From the NCBI GenBank assembly GCA_963728405.1, contig CAVSJV010000005.1, positions 352,001 through 416,000 on the forward strand: a stretch of DNA of 64,000 nt, given 5' to 3'. Source of the stretch: Methanomassiliicoccaceae archaeon (GTDB taxonomy: Archaea; Thermoplasmatota; Thermoplasmata; Methanomassiliicoccales; Methanomassiliicoccaceae). How positions within the stretch are numbered: the stretch's first letter is position 1; each line of letters opens with the position of its first letter. Positions 55,181-64,000 of this stretch are shown here, piece by piece. The notes under the pieces are model-generated. The model worked only from the letters and a program-made list of their open reading frames with translations, searched no databases and was not told the origin of the DNA. A program made the position numbers and the translations under genes.

Positions 55181-55323
55181 TAGGCAACCTTGCTCGACGG
55201 AAGTAAGGCTAGGTTGAGACATGAGATGTAACGGCGCCTCGTTCCTGATGAATGCAGATCCGCCCCGAATACTTGCACCTATTGTGGCGAAATGTCCCAT
55301 GCCTGGCTCGGAGAGGCAATTGC

Positions 55324-56331
55324 ATGGATAAGAAAATGATGACAGTTATAGGGGTCGTAGCGGTCGTGATCATGGCGGCCGTTGGAGCGGTCCTGTTATT
55401 GGGTAACAATAACGGCTCGCCCTCCCAGACCTCCGTGAACATCTTGACATTGCAGAAGAACGAGACCTCACCGGCCTATTCCCCGCTGGACAAGGCCGCC
55501 GTGTACAATGGCAGCTACCCGCTGGCTCGTTACTTGTACCTGTACACTGACGGTGTACCAGCAAGCTCTAGCTCGATTTATATGTGGTTGGACTTCGTGC
55601 TCAATGAGGCCGGACAGCAGCTGGTCAACGATGCCGGGTTCTATGAGCTGCAGTCTTCGGACCTCGCTGCCATGAAGGCCCAACTGGCCGGTGGCTCCAA
55701 CACCAGTGTGACCGGCGACTTCAAGGAGTCCGGCTCGACCACCATGGCCGAGATCAGCACCTTATGGGCGTTCAAGTTCAAGGCTGACACCGGAATCAGC
55801 GTTACCCTGTCCACCCCTGGGTCCGGTGCAGGCATCAAGGACTTCTATTCCGGCAAGGTCGACATCGCCCAGGCCTCCCGGGCCATGACCTCCGCGGAGA
55901 AGGACAGTGCCGCCGCTAACGGCATTACGCCGGTAGAGTGGAAGGTCGCCGTCGATGGCATCGCCATCATCACCCACAAGGACAACCCGGTCGGGAGCCT
56001 GACCATGAGCCAGCTGGAGGCCATGTTCAACGGCACCATCACCAACTGGAACGAGGTCGGTGGGAACGACCAGGCGATCAACCTGTTCGGCAGGGACAGC
56101 GCCTCTGGCAGCTATGCCTCCTTCAGCGACCTCGTTCTGGTAAAGAAGGAGAACTACAGCGCTTCCATGCAGCAGTTCAACACCAACGCGCTCATCGTGC
56201 CTGAGGTGGAGAACAACAGGGGTGGCATCGGATACGTCGGTATCGGTTACGCCAAGGAAGCCAGCGGCACATCGAGCAGCGTGGGAATGAGTTCGTTCCT
56301 GGTCTGCTCGGTCAGGCTCCTGGACCAGTAG
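55324..56331 (+). CDS. pstS: Phosphate ABC transporter substrate-binding protein (segment order apparently permuted)
   Basis: GSTT, GSGAG, DIA.ASR, A.DGIAI, ITNW.EVGG, R.S.SG, GIGYVG, YPLAR.LYLY; N-terminal TM anchor. Confidence 0.9.
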   Translation: MDKKMMTVIGVVAVVIMAAVGAVLLLGNNNGSPSQTSVNILTLQKNETSPAYSPLDKAAVYNGSYPLARYLYLYTDGVPASSSSIYMWLDFVLNEAGQQLVNDAGFYELQSSDLAAMKAQLAGGSNTSVTGDFKESGSTTMAEISTLWAFKFKADTGISVTLSTPGSGAGIKDFYSGKVDIAQASRAMTSAEKDSAAANGITPVEWKVAVDGIAIITHKDNPVGSLTMSQLEAMFNGTITNWNEVGGNDQAINLFGRDSASGSYASFSDLVLVKKENYSASMQQFNTNALIVPEVENNRGGIGYVGIGYAKEASGTSSSVGMSSFLVCSVRLLDQ

Positions 56332-56358
56332 GTTCCTGAAAGCCCTTCACCGGCCGCA

Positions 56359-56388
56359 AGGTCGAGAAATCTTTTCCAACTTCCTTTC
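56359..56388 (+). terminator. GNRA hairpin plus pyrimidine tract between pstS and pstC
   Basis: cggcc-GCAA-ggtcg followed by tcttttccaacttcctttc. Confidence 0.4.
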
Positions 56389-56435
56389 AAGTCTGGGGGG
56401 TCTCGAACCGTAAGGTCCGGGACAATGGTGATTTG

Positions 56436-57347
56436 ATGTCAGCAATCAAGCTCAAGAAACCTCGCAGAGGTCTACGTGGCATATTTGAGGCCGGGATCAG
56501 CAGCGTCCTTTTCGCCTGTGCCCTGGTCTCGATGATCACCTTGGCGTTGGTGTTCTATTTCCTATTGAACAATTCGATCCCGTTCTTCGCGAATAACGAT
56601 ATCATAGCGTTCTTGACCGGGACCGTTTGGCGTCCGTTCTCCGAGTTTCCGTCCTACGGGATATTGCCCCTCTTGGTCGGGACCTTCATGATCTCGATGG
56701 TGGCAGCGCTGATCGCGATACCCATCGGACTCGGTTGCACCATCTATCTATCGGAGATCGCAAGCCCTGATGTCAAGAAGATCCTAAAACCGGTTATCGA
56801 GATATTGGCCGGGGTTCCATCGGTCATCTATGGGCTCTTCGCAGCCCTGGTCCTGTCCGAATGGGTCATGGATATCTTCAATCCGCCAACGCGGTTGAAC
56901 GCCCTCAACGGGGCCATCATACTGTCCGTGATGATGATCCCCATACTGGTCTCCATCGCCGAGGAGGCGATGAACTCTGTCCCGGGCAGCTTAAAGGAGG
57001 CCTCCTTCGCCTTGGGAGCCACACGGTGGGAGACCATACGGCGGACGGTCATTCCCGCGGCTTTGCCCGGGATCATCGCCGCCATCGTCCTGTCCATCGG
57101 CCGGGCGGTCGGAGAGACCATGGCAGTTATCATGGCCACTGGTAACTCGTCCCAGTTCACCTTCAATATCCTTTATTCCATGCGGCCGTTGACCGCCGCT
57201 CTGGCCATCGATGTTCCCGAGGCCACGGTGAACTCGATGCCCTACTATTCGCTCTTCGCGGTCGGCCTGGTCCTGTTCGTGATCACTTTCGGCCTGAACC
57301 TGATCGCCGATCATGTCCTGGGCAAGTATAAGGAGGCCTACCAGTGA
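56436..57347 (+). CDS. pstC: Phosphate ABC permease
   Basis: LAGVPSVIYG, EAS.ALGATRWE, RAVGETMAV. Confidence 0.95.
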   Translation: MSAIKLKKPRRGLRGIFEAGISSVLFACALVSMITLALVFYFLLNNSIPFFANNDIIAFLTGTVWRPFSEFPSYGILPLLVGTFMISMVAALIAIPIGLGCTIYLSEIASPDVKKILKPVIEILAGVPSVIYGLFAALVLSEWVMDIFNPPTRLNALNGAIILSVMMIPILVSIAEEAMNSVPGSLKEASFALGATRWETIRRTVIPAALPGIIAAIVLSIGRAVGETMAVIMATGNSSQFTFNILYSMRPLTAALAIDVPEATVNSMPYYSLFAVGLVLFVITFGLNLIADHVLGKYKEAYQ

Positions 57348-58201
57348 ACCGCAGGAACAAGGAGGCATTGTTCTTCAACCTGTTCCGAGTCTGTGCGGGC
57401 ATTGTGGTCCTCACCTTGGTGATCATCCTGGGGTACGTGGTGGTCAACGGGGTAGGGAAATTGAGCATCGACCTCTTCACTCAGGACCCCGCCCCCAACA
57501 GCCATGGGGCGCTGGTCGCCGGAGGTCTTCTCAGCCCCATAGTCGGAACGATCCTCCTCATGGCACTTGTCCTCCTCATCGCCATACCGATAGGGGTGTT
57601 CGGAGCGGTGTTCCTGGTGGAATATTGGGGCAACAACCGCATTTCCAGGATCTGGTGGATGGTCGTGAACAACCTGGCCGGGGTTCCTTCGATCGTCTGG
57701 GGGCTGGTCGGCGTCGGGTTATTGGTATACTATCTTAACTTCGGGCTGAGCCTGATAGCTGCTGGTATTACCCTAAGCCTGTTAGCGCTCCCTCTGATCA
57801 TGGTGGCGACCCGGGAGGCCATGATGGCCGTGCCTCCATCCATCTATGAGGCATCGATCGCCCTGGGAGCGACCAAGTGGCAGACCATCCGAAGCCACAT
57901 CCTTCCCTACTCCACATCAGGCATCCTGACCGGGGCGATCCTATCGTTGTCCCGTGCTGCCGGAGAGACCGCGCCCATCTTGCTGACGGGGGTGGCCGTG
58001 AACGCTGCTATCCCGAACTCGCTGTTCGACTCTATCCAGGCGCTCCCGTATTACATCTATCTGATGACCCAGACCTCTGACCGAGCGGCGGCCATACCCA
58101 TGGCCTACGCCGCGGCGCTGGTGCTGATCGGCCTGATCGTGATCATGAACCTGGGGGCCGTCATGCTCCGCAACCGCTACAGACAGAAATACAGGTGGTA
58201 G
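57344..58201 (+). CDS. pstA: Phosphate ABC permease
   Basis: [33 protein letters not shown]. Confidence 0.95.
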   Translation: MNRRNKEALFFNLFRVCAGIVVLTLVIILGYVVVNGVGKLSIDLFTQDPAPNSHGALVAGGLLSPIVGTILLMALVLLIAIPIGVFGAVFLVEYWGNNRISRIWWMVVNNLAGVPSIVWGLVGVGLLVYYLNFGLSLIAAGITLSLLALPLIMVATREAMMAVPPSIYEASIALGATKWQTIRSHILPYSTSGILTGAILSLSRAAGETAPILLTGVAVNAAIPNSLFDSIQALPYYIYLMTQTSDRAAAIPMAYAAALVLIGLIVIMNLGAVMLRNRYRQKYRW

Positions 58202-58203
58202 AA

Positions 58204-58956
58204 ATGTCAAATATCAAGATCAATAAGCTTAACGTATACTTCGACAAGAACCACGTCCTTAAGGACGTGAGCATGGAGATCGACCAGAACGGGATCACCG
58301 CCATTATCGGCCCCTCCGGCTGCGGTAAATCGACGTTCATCCGGTGCATCAACCGCATGAACGATCTGATACCGGCGGCCCGGGTCGAAGGCGAGGTAAT
58401 GTTCGACGGCCTCAACATCTACGACCCGTCGGTCGATGTGGTGGACCTGCGCAAGAGGATCGGGATGGTATTCCAGAAACCGAACCCATTTCCTAAGTCC
58501 ATCTATGAGAACATTGCCTACGCTCCCCGCATCCATGGGACCAAGAAGAAAGAAGATCTGAACCAGATCGTCGAATGGTCCCTGAAGCGAGCGGCCCTTT
58601 GGAACGAGGTCAAGGACCGCCTGAACAAGAGCGCCTACACTTTATCGGGAGGGCAGCAGCAGCGCCTGTGCATCGCCCGGGCCCTGGCCATCAAGCCGGA
58701 GGTCATCCTGTTCGATGAGCCCTGTTCAGCGCTCGACCCTATCGCCACGGCCAAGATCGAGGACCTACTGATCGATCTGAAGAATGACTATACGGTGGTG
58801 ATCGTCACGCACAACATGCAACAGGCCGCGCGGGTCGCGGACAAGACCGCCTACTTCTACCTGGGCGACCTGATCGAGTATGGGGTGACAAAGAAGATAT
58901 TCGAGAAGCCGGAGAAGGAGCTGACCGAACAGTATATCACAGGGAGGATGGGCTGA
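58204..58956 (+). CDS. pstB: Phosphate ABC ATPase
   Basis: [45 protein letters not shown]. Confidence 0.97.
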   Translation: MSNIKINKLNVYFDKNHVLKDVSMEIDQNGITAIIGPSGCGKSTFIRCINRMNDLIPAARVEGEVMFDGLNIYDPSVDVVDLRKRIGMVFQKPNPFPKSIYENIAYAPRIHGTKKKEDLNQIVEWSLKRAALWNEVKDRLNKSAYTLSGGQQQRLCIARALAIKPEVILFDEPCSALDPIATAKIEDLLIDLKNDYTVVIVTHNMQQAARVADKTAYFYLGDLIEYGVTKKIFEKPEKELTEQYITGRMG

Positions 58957-59712
58957 TGCCGTCGAGGACAGTTTTTACCGAAGAGATGAACCTACTGAAC
59001 CGGGAGACGGTCCGTATGGGCGACCTGGCCAGGGCCATGATCAAGAAAGGGGTCGAGGCTTTTCTGGAGGGGAACATAGAGCTGAAGGCCGAGGTCGCTC
59101 GGCTCGACAAGGAGATCTATCTCTCCGAACAGGCCATCGAAAAGCATTGTGTGGACATCATCGCCCTCCATCAGCCGGTGGCGGGGGACCTGAGGACCGT
59201 AACGACCTGCCTGAAGATCATAACCGACCTGAACCGCATCGGCCGCTATGGCAGGGACATCGCAGAGCTGGCCGACCATGTTGACCAAGGCAAACGGATC
59301 AAGAAGCTGGTGGCCGTCCCGCTCATGTCGGAGCTATCCATCGCCATGGTCAATGATGCCATCGACTCTTTTGTAGAGAAGGACGACGGGAAGGCCCGAA
59401 GGATCTTCCAGAGGGACGACGAGGTCGATGGCCTGTGGGATTCCATCTTCCGAGAGAGCCTGACCCACATGATGGAAGACCCTCGCAACATCAGCGCCGG
59501 AACCCACTATATTCTGGTCGCCCGTTATCTAGAAACGGATCGCCGACCACGCCTGCAACATCGCCGACCGCGTGGTGTTCATGGCGACAGGGAAGCGGGT
59601 CGATCCGTACGAGCGGAAGTGGCGGAAGGCCGAGGAGCCAGAGGGTGACGACCCCCAGGGTGGCTACACCAGCACCGATGGCCACTACTCCACCCACCTT
59701 TCAGAGAAGTGA
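58956..59712 (+). CDS. phoU: Phosphate signalling protein PhoU (apparent +1 frameshift near 59534)
   Basis: QPVAGDLR, DL.RIG, D.EVD; corrected YLERIADHACNIA, ending at TGA 59712. Confidence 0.92.
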
Positions 59713-59726
59713 CGCTCAAGCAATAA

Positions 59727-59770
59727 GGCCCGGGCCACCCCCAGCGGTCCGGGCCGGTGCCCTTTTTTTC
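59727..59770 (+). terminator. Hairpin plus U-tract terminator after phoU
   Basis: GGCCCGGGCC...GGTCCGGGCC followed by TTTTTTT. Confidence 0.65.
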
Positions 59771-59810
59771 TTGCAAAGGTCCCGAACGATCGGCCTCGTT
59801 GTGATCGAGG

Positions 59811-60779
59811 TCATCCCGAGGTCCATGTTCCTTCCACAATGGTCCCCCCGATGGTGTTGTTCAACCTGGCATCAAAGCTGTTGGTGGCGGGATGATTGTT
59901 CGAGAGGAACGACTTGGCAGTGCCACCGAAGCCACTGATCGGAACGAGCTCGACCCCGCCGATCCCGCCGTTAACCACCACATTGGCCGAGACATCCCCG
60001 GCCAGGATGAATGCGACCCGATTCTCTCCAGCAGTGTCCTTGGAGATCAAGGTGATGTTCGAGCCCATAGGTATGGTCTGATCGAACTGGGCGTCGATCC
60101 GGCCGGACGATTCTCCGAGACTGATGGTACGGTCCCCCTGGACCGTGACGTTGTTCCACCTCAGCATGGTCCCGCCGGTGGCCGTTCTTATCTTCATGTC
60201 CCCGGCCAACACCGTCCCGTTGTTCAGTGAGACGATGGCCCCGTCATTGGTGGCGCTGAGGCGCAATCCATCCAATACGACCCCTGGAGTTGTGGTCAGG
60301 ACCACTCCGCCGGTCCCTACACTGAGATTTAGGTCGGCACGGAGGTCCTTATTGATCTCTACCGTGAAGAACCGGTCGCTCAGGGAATAATGGGGCCAGG
60401 GTGCGTAGGTATCGAAGTGCACCGTAGCGTTGAGGTCCCTCCCTCCGCTCGCGGTGTTGTTCTCCGCCGTGATGTCCAACCTCAGTGGGCTGGCCTCTCC
60501 GAAGAACCCGGCATGCCCTCTCACCTCGGCGACGATCCTGACCGCATCATCGACCATCTCGACGAACACGACCTTTAGGTGGCCGACCGTGGCGGTGACG
60601 TTCAGCCCGATGCTATCTGCGCCCTCGGCCAGAGAGATGGTCTGCTCCTCCCGGACCTCCACCGTTCGGTACTGCAGGAACAGGAATGGTATGGCCAGGA
60701 GCGCTAACACTACGATAATGATCACGCCGATGGCCATGGCCGACAGCGCGGCATCCTTCCCTCCGAGCCCTTGCCTCAT
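59811..60779 (-). CDS. Membrane-anchored beta-repeat (DUF4097/toast-rack-like) surface protein
   Basis: N-terminal TM, repeated L....G.V.L beta motifs, many N-x-S/T sequons. Confidence 0.6.
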   Translation of the reverse strand: MRQGLGGKDAALSAMAIGVIIIVVLALLAIPFLFLQYRTVEVREEQTISLAEGADSIGLNVTATVGHLKVVFVEMVDDAVRIVAEVRGHAGFFGEASPLRLDITAENNTASGGRDLNATVHFDTYAPWPHYSLSDRFFTVEINKDLRADLNLSVGTGGVVLTTTPGVVLDGLRLSATNDGAIVSLNNGTVLAGDMKIRTATGGTMLRWNNVTVQGDRTISLGESSGRIDAQFDQTIPMGSNITLISKDTAGENRVAFILAGDVSANVVVNGGIGGVELVPISGFGGTAKSFLSNNHPATNSFDARLNNTIGGTIVEGTWTSG

Positions 60780-60822
60780 GTGTATGCTCCGGTCAAATAC
60801 CCACACCCTTAATAATAATGGC

Positions 60823-63800
60823 CTAGGGGCCAGCGGCCCTGATGCGGAAGTTGCCCCTGGGCACAGATATCTCAAACCGCGCCCCCTCCCCTCCCTTGCC
60901 CATTTCCCGGATGTTCATCCCAGTAATGCCCAGTATCTCTCTGGCCATGTAGAGGCCGTGATGGCCGGCGGTCATCTCGAAGATGGAGGTCTTCTTTTCC
61001 ACAGGTATGCCCACACCATCGTCCTCATAGGTGATCACCAGCCCCTCGTCACTCTCGGCGTAGGATATCTTGATGTTCTTTATGGTGCCCCCATGTCTTA
61101 TCGAATCGTCCACCAGGTTGTGGAAGACCTTCTCCAGCATGCGGTCGGCCAGGACCTCCAGCCTGGCCACCTCGGTGGTCAAAGCGATCGGTCCGAGATT
61201 GAGGGTCGAGACGCCCTTGCCCACAGCGCCCTTTATGCTGATCCATGACGGACGGGCCGTCCCCACCTCCTGGTAGTCGCGGGCGAAGGACAGGTGCTTC
61301 TCGATGTTCTCGCTGGAGCGCAAGGCTTTGTCCAGGAATGAATGGACCTTTTCATCGGTGACCTTCATCCGGACTATCTCCAGATATCCGGTCAGCGAAG
61401 TGAGCTGGTTCATCAGGTCATGGCGCGTTATCCGTCCGATCAGGCCGAGCTTCCGATTGGCCTGCTCCAACGCAGCCTCCCGGCTGCGAAGTTCGTCCAG
61501 CATGCGAGCGTTCTCCAGTGCCACGGACGCCCCGGCCGCCAGGCTGCTGAGTGCCTCCAGATCACCACCATCGAAACCGTCTCCGGGCTTGTCCTGCATC
61601 CAGAAGCAGCCGACGAGATCGCCCTTCCGGTCCACCACCGGGGCGATGGCCAGGTTGAAGAAGCCGATATCCCGTCGGGCGCTGGGGATGACATATGGGT
61701 CGGTCTCCGGATGGTTCGACAGGTACGCCCGCTGGGTGTCCATGACGTGGCCAGTGATTCCTTCACCCCTCCCAAAGGAGAGATTCAAGGGTTCGATCAT
61801 CCCTCGGCGGTTGATCTTCGTATAGACCATCCGACCTTCGATCATCTTGCCGGCCATTCCCGAGGCGGCCCCTACAACGTCCATTGCCGATGTGACCAAG
61901 GTGTCCATGATCGTTTCCAGGTCCAGAACGGCGTTCAGCCTTTGGGTGGCCAAGGTCAGCCGCTCCAGCTGATTCCCCCGTCTGGCCAGGGCCAGCTCGG
62001 AGCGGGCCCTACGGGCCTGCTGCCGGATGGTGGACAGGCCGTATGACAGGTCCATGGCCAGCTCAGATAGCAGGACGACCTCGTCCCTATCTTCGAACGC
62101 TCCGGAAACACCTGAATAGATGGCCAGTACGCCGATGGGCCGCCCCCGGTAGGACAAGGGAAGGCCGATGCCCGATCGAAGGCCGAACTCCTTGGCCCGG
62201 TCCTTCCAGGCCAAGAACCTCCCGTCGGCCCATAGGTCTGACACCATGCTGACATTCCCCGTCCTCATGGCCGTCCCTGCTGGGCCTCGGCCGTGCTCAC
62301 CTTCCCCATAGGAAATGGAAAGGCTTCTCATGAACCCCTGGGCCTCCCCCGCTTTGGCTACCGGGTGGACGGTCCTCCGGCCCCCTTTGCCGGCCAGGCC
62401 GACCCAGGCCAGTTTATAGTCGCCGAAGGTGGTGATCATGCGGCAGATCTCGCTTAGGAGGTCCTTCTCGTTCTTCACCCGGACCAGAGCTTGGTTGCAC
62501 TCGGTCAACATCCTTAGCGATCGGTTCGCCTTAGCCAGACGGGCTTCGTTGGCCTTGCGTTCAGTGATGTCCTGGGTCAGGGTCATCCCGGCAAAGGCAT
62601 GGCCGTTCTCGTCAACGACCGGAATATTCAGGGTCAGGAAGGTGAGCCCATTGAAGAGCGCCTCATCGACCGATGGAAATCCTTCCAACGCCTTTCTGTA
62701 GATGCGCTTGAGCTCCCTGGCCGTGTCAGGAGGGAACACATCATCTACGGTCTTCCCCTCCATGGTCTCTCGGCTCAGGCCGGACGAGGCCAATCCCAGT
62801 CCACCGACCCGGATGTACCGCAGGCCATGGTCGTAAACGGCCAGCATGCCGTTCGGATAGTTTCTGAGCTAACGTGTCGAAGATGCCCTCTTCCTGGCTC
62901 AACCTTTCCTGGATCTTCTTCTGCTCGTCGATGTTCTCTATGGTGGCGATGAGATATCTGGAACCGCCATTGGTCGATCTCAAAGGTGCGACGGTAGTCC
63001 GGCCCCATACCGGCGAGCCGTCCCGCCGGACGTAGCGTTTCTCCGTCTGGTATGATCCCAACTCTCCTTTGCCCATTCTGAGAAGGGGTTCGCTATCCTT
63101 ATCCCGGTCCTCGGCAAAGGTGATGTCCTCTACGCGCTTCGACCTTATTTCTTCCAGGCTGTGGTCGAGCATGTTCAGGAATGCCTGGTTCGCTTCCTTT
63201 ATCAAGTGGTCCTTCCCCGCCACCACGATGCCCATGGTAGTACTCTGGTATATCGCGTTGAGAAGTGCTTCCCTCTCGGCCAGGGCCTGCTCGGCCTTCG
63301 TTGCCGTGGTGATGTCATGGAAGCTCCATACTCGGCCGACGATACGGCCCTCGATGGTTTGGGGGTTGGAGGTGCGACGATAGGTCCGGCCATTCCTTAA
63401 CCTGATGATATCCTCGGCAGACCTCTCTGGGCAGGAATAGAGTTCCTCGACCCGGTCCAAGAACGCCCGTGGCTCATCGACCTGTTCAAGGACCCGCTTT
63501 AGTAGATGCCGGTCATCCCCTCCCTCGAAAACCTCTGAGCCAAGATTCCACAGGTCCACGAACCTTTGGTTGTATGCTTGGATCTGGCTCTTCATGTCGA
63601 CCACCAGTATAGCGTCAGCGGTCGAGTCCAAGGTGGCTCGCAACAAGGACACGGATCTCTCGCTCTCCACTTCGGCCAGATGTTTAGCGGTAATGTCGAC
63701 CCCGGTGCATTGGATCTCTTTCGGACGGCCAACCTCATCGTCCACCCTCTTGTTGGTCCAGGCCACCCACGCCTTAGAACCATCTTTCCTCATGCTCTGG

Positions 63801-64000
63801 TTTATAATGGTGGCAGGGGCCTCAATATGTTCCATAATATCTCTGACCCCCACAGTTCATACCTAGGCTGGTCTCGTCCCGTAATGGGACAATCGTCCCT
63901 ACCACGTTCTTACCTATGAGCTCCTCGGCGGTGTAACCGAAGAAGTTCCTAGCGAACTCATTTATGTATCTGATCCTTCCGGACAGGTCCATGCGGAGCA
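60823..64000 (-). CDS. PAS/PAS/PAS/PAS-GAF-GAF sensor histidine kinase, 5' end beyond the window (apparent frameshifts near 63854 and 62862)
   Basis: PAS/PAC repeats, two GAF domains, ITRHDLMN, NL.DDS, EDDGVG, HGL. Confidence 0.88.

Noticed and set aside
63-64000. Split genes as true pseudogenes or programmed frameshifts
   Set aside because: They include essential genes (carB, hisC, pelota, hypF), show no other decay and no slippery heptamers, and each is fixed by one base, so sequencing error is the simpler explanation.
1-64000. Mobile elements, prophage, defence systems, tRNA or rRNA
   Set aside because: No transposase, integrase, cas, restriction-modification or structural RNA signature was recognised by eye.

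Overview
High-GC archaeal chromosomal window, most likely from a Methanomassiliicoccales-type methanogen (Thermoplasmata). This placement is inferred from the archaeal aroA'/aroB' pathway, GHMP shikimate kinase, pelota, an MtaA-family methyltransferase, aksADE-like genes and DUF39 homocysteine synthesis. The window is mostly housekeeping: hypF, gcvH, mtnP, a his-lysC-pheA operon lacking hisD, an aro-tyrA-asd-homocysteine operon, carAB, pelota, aksADE and a pstSCAB-phoU locus. Accessory genes include a roughly 22-domain fibronectin-III surface protein, three REC/PAS/GAF signalling proteins, an Msr-like regulator/MtaA-family/MFS cluster and a membrane-anchored ComEC-type nuclease. No rRNA, tRNA, CRISPR array or mobile element was recognised. 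About 17 single-base frameshifts break otherwise intact genes and are probably long-read errors. Six of them are the same event (ACGT read as ACAGT on the + strand), which may be the footprint of a methylated motif. The other leading observations are an apparently circularly permuted PstS, a structured leader of about 200 nt before aksA, the Msr-like/MtaA/MFS module, a titin-like super-repeat in the FN3 protein, heavy amber-stop use with in-frame TAG-ATG junctions, and two uncalled small ORFs.
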